The notes below the pieces were generated by a model. It had not been told where the DNA came from. It searched no databases and saw only the letters and a list, made by a program, of their open reading frames with translations. Source: Deltaproteobacteria bacterium (GTDB lineage Bacteria > Myxococcota_A > UBA9160 > UBA6930). Taken from it: DNA of 56,972 nt. The position numbers and the translations under genes were made by a program. Positions within the stretch are counted from its first letter, which is position 1. Each line of letters opens with the position of its first letter. The stretch lies in assembly GCA_031401135.1 (NCBI GenBank), contig JANNRF010000394.1:1-56972 (forward strand), written 5' to 3'. This document shows, one piece after another, positions 36,331 through 46,868 of this stretch.

Positions 36331-38107
36331 TGAGAGTCTCCACTGGGAACGGTCCCACGATCGCCTTGAACCAGTCGGGCCGCGAGCCTGAATCGGACAG
36401 CCGGCGCCGGTACACGACCTCGGCCGCTTCGCGTTTCACGACTTGGAAGCCGACACTGCTCCAGAACTCCGCGACCAGCCCGTTCTTTGCGCTGCGCAGA
36501 TAGTGGCCTTCGATCTCGCTGCAGTGACGCCGCGCGGCGAGAGCGACGCAGCTTTCGGCGAGCACTTGCTCGACCCCGCGGCCGAGAACACGGCAGGACA
36601 TCAGCAGCGTGTCGACGATCGCGAGCGGACCCTGGCAGCGAAGGATGGCCGCACCGACCAGCCCCGCGTCACCGAAGCGGTCGCTTACGCGGATCGTGAG
36701 CACGTCGGAGTCCGGGCTCTCGACGAATGTGCGGATGTCGTCTTCCGAGTAACGGCGCGTCGTCAGGTTGAACTGATTGGTGCGCTGCGTCAGCTGAGCG
36801 ACGCGGGCGATCTCGCCCGGCCCCGCGAGCGCCAGTTCGGCGACCATCTCGAGCGAGCGCAGGTAGGCCGTAAGGTCTGGAATTTCGTCGTGCGCCCGGC
36901 GGCGGTCCGCCTCGGCCCGATACATCGCACTGCGAGTGCGGTCTTCCTCGGAGATCGAGAGCGTGTCGAACCACCCGCCCGCCAAGAGCAGGTTGCGGTA
37001 CTCGACGGCGCGATCCGCGGGCAAGTGAACCGCCTCGACCATCGGCAGCGCGCTGCGCACGCGCTCGACCTCGAACTCGCTGTCGTCGAGGAAGACCAGG
37101 CTGTCGAGGCCGATGTTCAGCTCCGCCGCGATCTCGCGGAGGTTCTCTGCCTTGTCCCGCCAGTTGATGCGGCTCGCCGCGATGTCGCGTTCTTGCAACA
37201 GCATGCCGGGGTGATCGCGGAACACGCGCCAGACGGTCTCTGGCTCGTTCTTGCTGCACAGCGCGAGGATCACGCCACGCGCCGCGAGATTCTTCACTTC
37301 CTGCTGGAACTCGCGAAACGCCGAGCCGGGATGCTCCGTACCGAGCGCGAGGCCCGCGAACTCCTCCTCGCCGGCAATTCCGCCCCACAGCACGTTGTCG
37401 CAATCGAGCACGAGGCACTTCCGCGCGCGCCCGCGCGTTGCCACCCAATAACGAGTGACGGTGTCGGCGACTTCGCGCAGCGCATCGCGCGCATACGGCG
37501 CGCGCCCGATGTGCCAGTAGCGCGGGTCGTAGAAGCGTTCGACGCCGAGCCGCGCGAGCACCTGCGAGAGGTCGAGGAAGTAGGCGTTACCGAGAGCTGC
37601 GAGGGCCTCGCGCATACCGTCGTTGAGCGCGCGCACCACCGCTTGCTGCCCAAAGCCGGCGGCTTCGCCGTCGGCGATACCGAGGGCCGGCAGCGGGGGC
37701 GTTTCGAAGCCGACACAGAGCAGCGTCGCCTGCGTCTGCCGGCGCGCTCCGGCGAGCAGCACACGCAGCTCGCCGAGGGTGCGCTCGAGTTCTGACTGCA
37801 CGTCCGCGCGAGAGAGCGTTGGGAATTCGCGAGCGAGGCGGGGAGACGCCGTGTCGAAATGCAGCCAGACCAGCGCGAGGTCGCTGCGCGAGAGCACCTT
37901 TTCGCGGCCGTCCAGAGCCTCCTGGAACGCTCCGGCGAAACTCGAGAAGTGGACTTCGGCTCGGAAGCCGGCGCGCATCGCCGAGTAGCGGAGATAGGGC
38001 TCGATCGGTTCGAGTGTGGCGTTGCGCAGGACGCCCACGGACAGCAGCGGCAGCGACGCCAGCTCGGCGCTCCGCAATAACCGCTGGATCTCGGCGAAGG
38101 ACGGCAT
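36323..38107 (-). CDS. FkbH-like HAD-IIIC phosphatase / glyceryl-ACP synthase
   Basis: VLDCDNVLWGG, CSKN, INW.DK, FLDDS.FE, RTNQFN, DRFGDAG and MSCRVLGR. Confidence 0.93.
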   Translation of the reverse strand: MPSFAEIQRLLRSAELASLPLLSVGVLRNATLEPIEPYLRYSAMRAGFRAEVHFSSFAGAFQEALDGREKVLSRSDLALVWLHFDTASPRLAREFPTLSRADVQSELERTLGELRVLLAGARRQTQATLLCVGFETPPLPALGIADGEAAGFGQQAVVRALNDGMREALAALGNAYFLDLSQVLARLGVERFYDPRYWHIGRAPYARDALREVADTVTRYWVATRGRARKCLVLDCDNVLWGGIAGEEEFAGLALGTEHPGSAFREFQQEVKNLAARGVILALCSKNEPETVWRVFRDHPGMLLQERDIAASRINWRDKAENLREIAAELNIGLDSLVFLDDSEFEVERVRSALPMVEAVHLPADRAVEYRNLLLAGGWFDTLSISEEDRTRSAMYRAEADRRRAHDEIPDLTAYLRSLEMVAELALAGPGEIARVAQLTQRTNQFNLTTRRYSEDDIRTFVESPDSDVLTIRVSDRFGDAGLVGAAILRCQGPLAIVDTLLMSCRVLGRGVEQVLAESCVALAARRHCSEIEGHYLRSAKNGLVAEFWSSVGFQVVKREAAEVVYRRRLSDSGSRPDWFKAIVGPFPVETLNE

Positions 38108-38122
38108 GCTCGGCTCGGCTTC

Positions 38123-39016
38123 TCAGCGCACTATGAACGCGGCGACTTTGGGGACGATCTCGCCGGCTGCGCCGACGTAGGCTGGATTCTCCTGCAACTC
38201 CAGCACCTCGAAGCCTGCGTGCTCGAGCTGCGCGACGACGTCGTCGGGGCTCCAGTAGAGGAAGATGTGATCCGCCTCGGGCGCCGTGATGGCGGCCGCG
38301 ACGAACCCGACGCCGCCCGGCAGCAGCAAGCGGCGCAGCCGCTCGAGGAAGCGCTGCGGGTCGGAGAGATGCTCGAGCACCTCGATGGTCTGGACGCAAG
38401 CGCGCGGCTCGAGCTCGACGCTTGTTATGTCCGTGCTCGCCGACTCGAAACGGCTCGCACAATTCCAGGCGCGCACGTGCTCGAGCGTGAACTCGCGCGA
38501 GGACGGGCTGATGTCGAGCCCGCTGCCCGAAGAGCCCGGCGCCCCGTTCAGCAGCTGGACGGAGTAGAAGCCCGTGCCGGTTCCGACATCGTAGAAACGG
38601 CGATCCGCGAGCTTGGCCACGCGCGGCAGAAAGCGTTCGCGATAGAACGTGAGCTGGCGATAGTGGTGACGCCAGAGAAACTGCGAAACGAGAATCCCAG
38701 GCAGGTACAGCGTCTTCATGTACTCGGGGTTCAGGTAGACCCGCGCGCACGCCTCCTCGTAGCTCTGCTCTTCGTATCGCTTCGTGCGGTTGAAGCGGCG
38801 CTGCAGACGCATTGCATCGATGGAGAACCCGGAGTAACCGCGGATCGCACCCTCGAGCGCTCGTGGGTCGGTTCCGAGCAGCCGCGACAGATGCTCGTCG
38901 AAATCCGCGATCCACGCGGGTCCGAACTCAGCCTCGACATCCAAGAACGTCTTCTTGAAGATCGGTGCTCGCTCGAAGAACAGCTCGCGAAACGGCCCGT
39001 AGGCGCCGCGCTCCAT
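38123..39016 (-). CDS. Class I SAM-dependent methyltransferase
   Basis: YDVGTGTG, GLDIS, EVLEHL and LLPGG. Confidence 0.88.
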   Translation of the reverse strand: MERGAYGPFRELFFERAPIFKKTFLDVEAEFGPAWIADFDEHLSRLLGTDPRALEGAIRGYSGFSIDAMRLQRRFNRTKRYEEQSYEEACARVYLNPEYMKTLYLPGILVSQFLWRHHYRQLTFYRERFLPRVAKLADRRFYDVGTGTGFYSVQLLNGAPGSSGSGLDISPSSREFTLEHVRAWNCASRFESASTDITSVELEPRACVQTIEVLEHLSDPQRFLERLRRLLLPGGVGFVAAAITAPEADHIFLYWSPDDVVAQLEHAGFEVLELQENPAYVGAAGEIVPKVAAFIVR

Positions 39017-39025
39017 CTCGACCTC

Positions 39026-39463
39026 TTATTTTGGGTAAACGCAGGTCGCTTTGCCGCTGACGCAGCGTGCGCCAGCGCGGTTGTCGACCGTCATGTCGAG
39101 CTGAACGCTGCGCAATGGAGCGAGCACGCGCTTTACCTCGACGCCGAACTCGACCGTCTCGCCCACATACACCGGCGCGTGGAACTGAAAGCTCACGGAG
39201 CCAATCACCGCGCGCGCTCCCGGCAACTCGGTTCCCAGAATCTTGGAGAAGAACGAGGAGACCAGGAGGCCGTGCACGATGCGCCCGCTGTATCCCCACT
39301 GATCTGGCAGACCACCATCGACGTGAACTCCGGTGAAGTCGCCCGTGAGCGCGCTGAAGGCATCGACGCGATCCGTCGTGAGCTCGACGGACTCCCCGTA
39401 GCAGTCGCCCACATGGATTTCGTCCAGAGCCTTTCCCGGCACGCCGCTCCCCTCGACTTTCAC
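39026..39463 (-). CDS. MaoC-family (hotdog) dehydratase
   Basis: FSALTGD...HVD, IVHG, LPG and F.APVYVG. Confidence 0.88.
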   Translation of the reverse strand: MKVEGSGVPGKALDEIHVGDCYGESVELTTDRVDAFSALTGDFTGVHVDGGLPDQWGYSGRIVHGLLVSSFFSKILGTELPGARAVIGSVSFQFHAPVYVGETVEFGVEVKRVLAPLRSVQLDMTVDNRAGARCVSGKATCVYPK

Positions 39464-39475
39464 TCGCGCTCCCCG

Positions 39476-40441
39476 TTACTCGCTCGGGGCTGCCGCCTCA
39501 GCGATCTGCTGCTGCAGATTCCCGCGGAGATACACAAAAAATCCGCAGACCCATATCGGCACGCACCCTAGGCGCCATAAGACGAGCAATAGGGCTGCCC
39601 CTTGCAGTCCGCTCCAGCGGAAGAGCTGCTCGAACGCTGCTTCTCCGACGCCGAGGCCTGCTGGCGTGATGGGCAGCGCGTTCGCAAAGAAGCCGAGTGC
39701 TGCGAGCGCAGCGGCCAAGACATGCTGCGTCGAGCCGAGCAATTCGGCGGCGGCGTGGGAGAACGCAGCGAGCACGCTGGCTTGACCGAGCGCGGCGATC
39801 GCGAACATCCCGAGCAGCAGACGGCGGTGACGCCGAAAGTGGGAGAGGGCGGTCAAGATCCGCACGAGCCAACCGACACGCAGCACGCGCAGCGCCGCCA
39901 ATCTCTCGGCGGAGAACACCAGGAGAAGCCCGCCCACGACGAGACCCACGCCCATCGCTGCGCCAATTGCCAGCGCGCTCCCGGCGCTGCCAGTGAATGC
40001 GGCGCGCGGCAGACAGGCCGCTAGCCCGCTGACGAGCACGAACAGTGCGGTCATCGCGACGGCGCGATCGAGCAGGACTAGCGTGCCGATCTCGACCAGC
40101 TGCTTGCGGTGATCGCGGCCCAAGTAATAAAGCTTGATGACATCGCCACCCGTCCCACCTGGCACCGCCACACTGAAGAAGGCACTCACGAGTACGATGC
40201 GGATCGCCCGTTCGAACGACAGCGCAATGCCTTCCACGCGCACCACGAGACGCAGCCGCGCGGCTTCGACGAGTACGCCGAAGGGCCCGAGCGCGGCGAA
40301 CACGCAGAGTGGAAGCCAGGCATCCGCGAGCATCTTCGGAGAGAACGGGACGCGCGAGAGCACCCAGGCGGCGATGCCGACACCGATCGCCGTGCGACCG
40401 AACGCACCCCAGCGAGCGCGTCGTCGATTGTCCTCTGCCAT
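39476..40441 (-). CDS. Lysylphosphatidylglycerol synthase TM-domain (flippase-like) protein
   Basis: PGGTGGDVIK, LDR and LPITPAGLGVGE; multi-TM. Confidence 0.87.
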   Translation of the reverse strand: MAEDNRRRARWGAFGRTAIGVGIAAWVLSRVPFSPKMLADAWLPLCVFAALGPFGVLVEAARLRLVVRVEGIALSFERAIRIVLVSAFFSVAVPGGTGGDVIKLYYLGRDHRKQLVEIGTLVLLDRAVAMTALFVLVSGLAACLPRAAFTGSAGSALAIGAAMGVGLVVGGLLLVFSAERLAALRVLRVGWLVRILTALSHFRRHRRLLLGMFAIAALGQASVLAAFSHAAAELLGSTQHVLAAALAALGFFANALPITPAGLGVGEAAFEQLFRWSGLQGAALLLVLWRLGCVPIWVCGFFVYLRGNLQQQIAEAAAPSE

Positions 40442-40501
40442 CGCGGCGCGCAGGGTATCGGCACGCTCGGCGGCGGGCCACGCGCGCGTCCGGCGAAGTT
40501 C

Positions 40502-41572
40502 GTGAGCGGGGCGCAAACCGCGCTGCGCGTCAGCGCGCTCACTGCCAGCGATGCGCAGCGTTGGGGCGAATACATCGCTGGCCACGCGGACGCGACGCTT
40601 TACCACACGCTCGCGTGGCGCGATTTCGTGGCCGATGTGTTCGGGCACCACGCGGTCTACCTAATTGCTGAGCGCGAGGGCCGCGTGTGCGGCGTGTTGG
40701 CTGGCTTCGTCGTCCGGCTGCCCGTACTCGGTGCCAAGCTGATCTCGCTGCCCTACGACATTGGCTCCGGAGGCGCGCTGGCCGACGACGACGAGACCGA
40801 GCGCGCGTTAGTCGTGGCGGTCTGCGAGGCCGGCCGGGCGGAGCGCGTGAAGTACGTCGAGTTGCGTTACGCGGATGCGCGTCCTGCGCTCGCCCAGTTA
40901 GGCCTGCTCGAGAGTCGCCCTGTCTATTTGTCGGACATCGCGATCGGGAGCCGCGGGACAACTTGGGCGCGCATCAAGAAGGACCAGAAGGGCTCGATGC
41001 GCACAGCACGCCAGCGCGGCGTCAGCGTTCGCGAGGCGCGCGGGAGCGAGGACTACGCTGCGTTCTACGGCGTCTACCTGACGGCCTTCCGCGATTTCGG
41101 AACTCCTCCTTACGGCCCCAACTACTTCCCTGAACTGTTTCAGCGCTTCCACGCGAGCCACGCGGTTCGCTTGCTGGTGGCCGAGGCCGAGGGGCGCGTG
41201 GTCGGCGGCCTCCTGCTCTTCTGCTTCGGGGGGGCATGGGTTAACAAGTTCACGGCTTGCCTCCCCGAGGCGGCGCCGCTGCGCGCGCCCGCCGCCCTCT
41301 ACGGCGCTGCGCTCGAGTTGGCGATCGAGACCGGCATAAGGCGTTTCTCGATGGGGAGTTCGGCTCCCCACCAGAAAGGGCTGATCGAGTTCAAGGAGCG
41401 CTGGGGCGCGACGAGCCGGCCTGCCGTCGCCTACAGCGCGGCGGTGAAGGGCGCGCCGCCCGACCTCGCGCGCTACTTCAACGAATCGGGTCTGGCGCAG
41501 CGGGCCTGGCGCCAGCTGCCGTTATTCGCGACACGCACGTTAGGTGGGCCGCTGAACCGCTGGTTCTGTTAG
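40502..41572 (+). CDS. FemAB-like GNAT protein (polysaccharide-associated)
   Basis: ATLYH..AW, LISLPY..SGG, YVELR, RDFGTP and FKERWGA; GTG start approximate. Confidence 0.85.
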   Translation: MSGAQTALRVSALTASDAQRWGEYIAGHADATLYHTLAWRDFVADVFGHHAVYLIAEREGRVCGVLAGFVVRLPVLGAKLISLPYDIGSGGALADDDETERALVVAVCEAGRAERVKYVELRYADARPALAQLGLLESRPVYLSDIAIGSRGTTWARIKKDQKGSMRTARQRGVSVREARGSEDYAAFYGVYLTAFRDFGTPPYGPNYFPELFQRFHASHAVRLLVAEAEGRVVGGLLLFCFGGAWVNKFTACLPEAAPLRAPAALYGAALELAIETGIRRFSMGSSAPHQKGLIEFKERWGATSRPAVAYSAAVKGAPPDLARYFNESGLAQRAWRQLPLFATRTLGGPLNRWFC

Positions 41573-41758
41573 TTCGAAAACGTGATGCGCCGCCGCGAAA
41601 TCGCCGTCGCGCGAACTCGGCGCGAGGCAGCCATTCATCGCGCGCCCATTGGTTGCCGCGGCTGCGCGCCTAAAGTCTATTGGGGACCCGCGCTGCCTGA
41701 CCGATGGGAGTCGAGGTCGAACTGGGTCGTCTGCGCGCGCGACCGCCGGGGAGCATGG

Positions 41759-43927
41759 ATGAAGGCCGTTGTGCAGGACATGAAATCGGGAGGCCTCTCG
41801 GTGGGCGAGGTTCCGCCCCCGGCGCTGCGCTCGGACGGCGTGCTCGTGCGCGTTCGGCGCTCGCTCATCAGTCTCGGGACGGATCGCGCCGTGATCGCGC
41901 TCGCCAAGAAGACGCCGCTCGGCAAGGCGCAGGATCGCCCCGATCTGGCGCGCAAGGTGATCAACAAGGCGATGCAGGAGGGCTGGTGGTCGACTTATCA
42001 GGTCGTGCGCAACCTCCTCGCTTCGCCGATCCCGCTCGGGTACTCATGCGCGGGCGAGGTGGTGGCGGTCGGCGCGAAGGCCAGCGAGTTCAAGGTCGGC
42101 GATCTGGTGGCATGCGCGGGACTGAACTTCGCGAATCACGCCGAGATCGATTACATCCCGCGCAATCTCGCGGTGAAGATGCCGGCCGGTTTGTCGTTCG
42201 AGTCCGCGAGCTTCGTTGCGCTCGGCGCAATCGCGATGCAGGGCACGCGCCTCGCCGAAGTGAATCTCGGCGAGCGCGTCGTCGTGTTAGGGCTCGGGCT
42301 GGTAGGCCAGATCTGCGCGCAGCTCGTGCGCTGCGCGGGCGCCACCGTGATCGCGATGGATCCAGATGTCGGCAAACACGAGCTCGCGCGCCAGCTTGGT
42401 ACGCATCACGTCGTTGCCAGCCACGAAGCGTTGATGCAGACCGTCCGCGAGCTCACCGATGGTGTGGGCGCGGATTCGATCTTGGTGTGCGCGGCCAGCA
42501 AGTCGAGCGCGATTCTGCGCGACGCCGCGGAGGCCGCCCGTCTCAAAGGCCGGGTCGTGGTCGTGGGCGACGTGGGCATGGAACTCGAGCGCCGCCCCTT
42601 TTTCGAGAAGGAGATCGAGCTCGTCGTCTCGCGCTCCTACGGGCCAGGCCGTTACGACCCGAGTTACGAGGAGCGCGGCATCGACTACCCGCCGGCCTAC
42701 GTGCGCTGGACAGAGCGCCGTAACATGCTCTCGTTCCTGGAGCTGGTCGCGCGCGGCGACGTGGCGGTCGAGCCGCTGATTACGCACTCCTTCCCGATCG
42801 AGCAGGCTGCCGCCGCATACGACATCGTGACCGGGAAGAGCAAGGTGCCGGCGATCGCGATCGCGCTCACTTACGAAGGGCCGCTCGAGAAGCCCAGCCA
42901 AGTCGTGCTGAAGGCGCCCGCCGCGGCGAGTCGCGCCAACGAACGCGTGCGGCTGGGCGTGATTGGCGCCGGGCAGTTCGCGCAGGGTGTTTTGCTGCCC
43001 GCCTTCAAGCGCCAAGGCGTTGCGTTTCAGTCATTTTGCACGGCCTCCGGCTTCACCAGCCGGAGCGTCGCCGAGCGTTACGACGCAACCTCTTGTACGA
43101 GCGACCCGCGCGAGGTGATTCACGATCCTGCGGTCGACGCGGTGGTGATCGCCACCCGCCACGACCAGCACGCGCCACTCGTGCTCGAGGCCCTGCGCGC
43201 CGGTAAGGCGGTGTTCACAGAAAAGCCGCTCTGCATCAAACCGGAGGAACTCGCGGAGCTTTGCGCCTTTGCCGCAGAGCACGGCCCGCCGCGCCTCGCC
43301 GTCGGCTTCAATCGCCGGTTTTCTCCGCTCGCTCGTGACGCGCGCGAGTTCTTCGCGAACCGCGCGGAGCCGCTCTCGATCGCCTACCGGGTGAACGCGG
43401 GCACCTTCCCGCCGGAGAGCTGGGTGTTCGACCCGCAGGTGGGCGGGGGCCGCTTGATCGGCGAAGCCTGTCACTTCGTCGACATGATCTGCTTCCTCGC
43501 TGGCTCGCTGCCGAATCGCATCTTCGCCGAGCGCATCGCGTCGCCCGGTGAAGGCGCGCCGAACCGCGACAGCGTCCTCATGAGTTTGCGGCTCGCAGAC
43601 GGATCGGTGGGCACGCTGCACTACCTCGCGAACGGAGACCCCTCGTTGGCCAAGGAGTACGTCGAGGTCTTCGGCGCACAGCGGGCCGCGCTGCTCGACA
43701 ACTACCGCTCGCTCTCGTTGTTCTCAGGGAATCGAAAACGAAAGCGCCGTCTGTTGAACCAGCAAAAAGGCTTCGCGGAGGAGACCGCCGCGTTCGTTTC
43801 CGCGGTACGCAGCGGCGGCCCCATGCCCATCCCCTTCGAGCAGTTGGTCGCCGTCACGCAGGCGGCCTTCCTTGCTCTCGAGAGCCTCTCGACGGGCGTG
43901 CCGGTCGAGTACCGGGATCCCCTCTAG
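41759..43927 (+). CDS. Bi-domain oxidoreductase (MDR-type dehydrogenase + Gfo/Idh/MocA)
   Basis: PLGYSCAG, GLGLVG and SRSYGPGRYD in the first domain; GAGQF, TRHDQH, EKP, GFNRRF and GEACHFVD in the second. Confidence 0.92.
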   Translation: MKAVVQDMKSGGLSVGEVPPPALRSDGVLVRVRRSLISLGTDRAVIALAKKTPLGKAQDRPDLARKVINKAMQEGWWSTYQVVRNLLASPIPLGYSCAGEVVAVGAKASEFKVGDLVACAGLNFANHAEIDYIPRNLAVKMPAGLSFESASFVALGAIAMQGTRLAEVNLGERVVVLGLGLVGQICAQLVRCAGATVIAMDPDVGKHELARQLGTHHVVASHEALMQTVRELTDGVGADSILVCAASKSSAILRDAAEAARLKGRVVVVGDVGMELERRPFFEKEIELVVSRSYGPGRYDPSYEERGIDYPPAYVRWTERRNMLSFLELVARGDVAVEPLITHSFPIEQAAAAYDIVTGKSKVPAIAIALTYEGPLEKPSQVVLKAPAAASRANERVRLGVIGAGQFAQGVLLPAFKRQGVAFQSFCTASGFTSRSVAERYDATSCTSDPREVIHDPAVDAVVIATRHDQHAPLVLEALRAGKAVFTEKPLCIKPEELAELCAFAAEHGPPRLAVGFNRRFSPLARDAREFFANRAEPLSIAYRVNAGTFPPESWVFDPQVGGGRLIGEACHFVDMICFLAGSLPNRIFAERIASPGEGAPNRDSVLMSLRLADGSVGTLHYLANGDPSLAKEYVEVFGAQRAALLDNYRSLSLFSGNRKRKRRLLNQQKGFAEETAAFVSAVRSGGPMPIPFEQLVAVTQAAFLALESLSTGVPVEYRDPL

Positions 43928-43929
43928 CC

Positions 43930-45849
43930 GTGTGCGGGATCGCCGGGTACGTGGGGATTCGCGACGAGACGCTGCTCGCGGAGATGGCGACCGCGCTCGC
44001 GCACCGCGGCCCGGATGACGCGGGCTACCTGCGCGACGGAGACGTCGGCCTCGCGCACCGCCGGCTCTCGATCATCGACCTGGCGGGCGGCCATCAACCG
44101 CTCTTCAACGAGGACGAGAGCGTCGCGGTGATCGCGAACGCCGAGATATACAACTACCGCGAGCTCGCGGTGGAGCTGCGCGCACGCGGCCATCGCCTGC
44201 GCACCAACAGCGATTGCGAGATGATCGTCCACCTCTACGAAGAGCTGGGCCCGCGCTGTGTCGAGCGGCTGATCGGCATGTTCGCGTTCGCGCTCTGGGA
44301 CAAGCGTGCGCGCAAGCTGCTGATCGCGCGTGATCGGCTGGGGGTGAAGCCGCTTTATTATGCCGCGTTGCCCGGCGCGTTCCTGTTCGCGTCCGAGGCG
44401 AAGGCGCTGCTGCGCTATCGCGGGCTCGACGCGACGGTCGACCCGCATGGGATCGTCGACTACCTCGCGCTGCGCTACTCGCCAGGCCCAGGCGGGATGT
44501 TCCGCGATGTCCAGAAGCTGCCGGCTGGCTGCATCGCCGAGATCGACGCGCGCGGCGAGGCGAAGGTCACGCGTTATTGGGAGCCGCCGCTGGTAGCCGG
44601 GCCGCACCGCGGCAGCGAAGACGACTGGCTCGAGGGCTTCGCCGAGCGCTTCGAGCGCTCGATCCAGCGCCGCCTGATCGCGGACGTTCCGCTCGGCGCA
44701 TATCTCTCAGGCGGCGTCGATTCGAGCGTGATCGTGGCAGCGATGGCGAAGGGCGGGGCCGCGCCGGTGCGCACGTTCACGGTCGGCTTCGGCTTCGAGC
44801 ACGACGAACTCTCGCAGGCCGCGTTCACGGCCAAGGAATTAGGCTGCGCTCACACGGAGATCGAGTCACGAGCCGCAGACGTCGCGCTGCTCCCCGAGAT
44901 CGTCTGGCATCTCGATGAGCCGATCGGCGACGCCATCGTGGTGCCGATGTACCAGCTTGCGCGCGAGGCCAAGAAGCAGGTCAGCGTGATCCTCTCCGGG
45001 GAAGGAGCTGACGAGACGCTCGGCGGTTACCTGTTCCAGAAGGCGCTGCTCTATGGCGATCGCCTGGCGCGCGTCGTGCCGGAACCGCTGCGCCGCGGCG
45101 CACTCATGCCGTTGTTACGCGCGACGCCCGCTGCGGCGATCAACCTCGCGTTCAGCTACCCGGCCGCGCTCGGCGAGCGCGGTAAGCAGCGCGCCGTCGA
45201 TTTCCTCGCGCTGCTCGGATCGGATCATCTACCCGCCGCATATCGGCACCTCATCTCGCTGTTCGACGCGCGCGACATGTCCAGTTTGCTGACGGCCGAG
45301 TTCCGCGCGCGCCTCGCGGAGACGCCGGCGCCGCTCCGCGCTGCGCCGCGCGGTGGCCCCGAGGTTCCGTTCTTGAACCGCGCGATCGATCTGCAGTTCG
45401 AGCATTGGCTGCCCGACGACATCTTGACCAAACAAGACAAAGTCTCGATGGCGCACGCGCTCGAGGTGCGGGTGCCGTTTCTCGATCACGAGCTCGTCGA
45501 GTACGCGCTCTCGATCCCGCCCAGCCTGAAGATCCGCCGCTTCGCGTCCAAGTGGCTGTTGCGGCGCTACGCGGAGCGGCTGTTGCCCAAGCGCGTGACC
45601 TCGCGCCGCAAGATGCCGTTCTACGTACCCGTCGAGAAGTACCTCGAAGAGCCGAGTTTCCGCGAGTTGGTGGGCGACACGCTCACGGAGCGGGCGCTGC
45701 GTGAACGCGGCATCTTCCGACCCGAAGCCGTGGAAAAACTGCGCGCCTCGGTCGCGAGCGGCGAGTTTCTCTACTCGAAGCAGCTCCTCAGCATCGTGAT
45801 TCTCGAGCTGTGGTTCCGCGCGATGGTTGATCGAAGAGGTGTGCGATGA
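43930..45849 (+). CDS. asnB: Asparagine synthase-like glutamine amidotransferase
   Basis: MCGIAG, HRGPD, HRRLSIID, LSGGVDSS, SGEGADE and EVRVPFLD; probably amidates a glycan in this context. Confidence 0.93.
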   Translation: MCGIAGYVGIRDETLLAEMATALAHRGPDDAGYLRDGDVGLAHRRLSIIDLAGGHQPLFNEDESVAVIANAEIYNYRELAVELRARGHRLRTNSDCEMIVHLYEELGPRCVERLIGMFAFALWDKRARKLLIARDRLGVKPLYYAALPGAFLFASEAKALLRYRGLDATVDPHGIVDYLALRYSPGPGGMFRDVQKLPAGCIAEIDARGEAKVTRYWEPPLVAGPHRGSEDDWLEGFAERFERSIQRRLIADVPLGAYLSGGVDSSVIVAAMAKGGAAPVRTFTVGFGFEHDELSQAAFTAKELGCAHTEIESRAADVALLPEIVWHLDEPIGDAIVVPMYQLAREAKKQVSVILSGEGADETLGGYLFQKALLYGDRLARVVPEPLRRGALMPLLRATPAAAINLAFSYPAALGERGKQRAVDFLALLGSDHLPAAYRHLISLFDARDMSSLLTAEFRARLAETPAPLRAAPRGGPEVPFLNRAIDLQFEHWLPDDILTKQDKVSMAHALEVRVPFLDHELVEYALSIPPSLKIRRFASKWLLRRYAERLLPKRVTSRRKMPFYVPVEKYLEEPSFRELVGDTLTERALRERGIFRPEAVEKLRASVASGEFLYSKQLLSIVILELWFRAMVDRRGVR

Positions 45850-46868
45850 GCGAACAGATCGAAGTCAGCGTGGTCACGCCGTTCTTCAACGAGCGGGGCG
45901 TCGTGGAGCACGCGATTCGCGCGTTCGCCGCGTCTCTCGCGACGCTCGGCAAGCGCTGGGAGTTGTTGGTGGTGAACGACGGCTCGACCGACGGCTCCGC
46001 GGAGATCGCGGCTCGCGTGATTGCCGAGCTGGGGCCGAACGCGCGTCTGCTCGGTTATCCGCGCAATCGCGGACGCGGCTTCGCGCTGCGCACGGGCATC
46101 GCCGCCGCGCGCGGCGACATAATCGTTACGACGGAGATCGATCTCTCCTGGGGCGAGCACATCGCGCACGCCCTGGTGGCGGCGATGGACGCCGATCCCA
46201 AGGCTGACATCGTGGTTGCGAGCCCGCATCTGCCGGGCGGTGGTTACAAGAACGTGCCGTGGGACCGCGTCTTCTACTCGACCTGGGGCAACCGCGTGAT
46301 CCGCACCGGTGTCTCGAACGCCGTCACGATGAATACCGGCATGACGCGCGCGTACCGGCGCGCAGCCATCCAGTCGCTGCCGCTCTTCGAGGACGAGAAG
46401 GAGTTCCATCTCGAGGTGATTCTGAAGTCGACCAGCTTCGGCTTCCGCATCACGGAAATCCCCGCGATTCTCGAGTGGAAGGACTACAAGCACGCGGACA
46501 CACGTGTGGTTCGCAAGAGTTCATCGAAAGTAAACCGGTTGATCGTCACGCACGGCTTGTTCAGCCTGTTCGCGAACCCGGTTCATTACGTGCTCCCGGC
46601 CAGCATGGTCGTGCTCGCGTTGGGCTTCGCCTGTCTGGGCGCGGCAGCCGTTGCGAAGCTGGTCGGGGCGGTGTCCGCATATCTGGCGATTTTCGGCGTC
46701 GGCTGGCTCACGCTCGGCATCATCCTGTTCGTGCTGGCGGTTGTCGCGCGCCAAGGCAACATGGTCCAGCACGAACTGTGGAGTCTGCAGCGAATCTTGT
46801 TAGGAATGGACCCGGCGCACCGGCCGCGCCTCGACGCAGCGCGGGAAGAGAGCCGAGCGACGGAATGA
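45846..46868 (+). CDS. GT2 glycosyltransferase (polyprenol-phosphate sugar synthase-like)
   Basis: SVVTPFFNE, VNDGSTD, NRGRG, EID and two C-terminal TM helices. Confidence 0.9.
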   Translation: MSEQIEVSVVTPFFNERGVVEHAIRAFAASLATLGKRWELLVVNDGSTDGSAEIAARVIAELGPNARLLGYPRNRGRGFALRTGIAAARGDIIVTTEIDLSWGEHIAHALVAAMDADPKADIVVASPHLPGGGYKNVPWDRVFYSTWGNRVIRTGVSNAVTMNTGMTRAYRRAAIQSLPLFEDEKEFHLEVILKSTSFGFRITEIPAILEWKDYKHADTRVVRKSSSKVNRLIVTHGLFSLFANPVHYVLPASMVVLALGFACLGAAAVAKLVGAVSAYLAIFGVGWLTLGIILFVLAVVARQGNMVQHELWSLQRILLGMDPAHRPRLDAAREESRATE

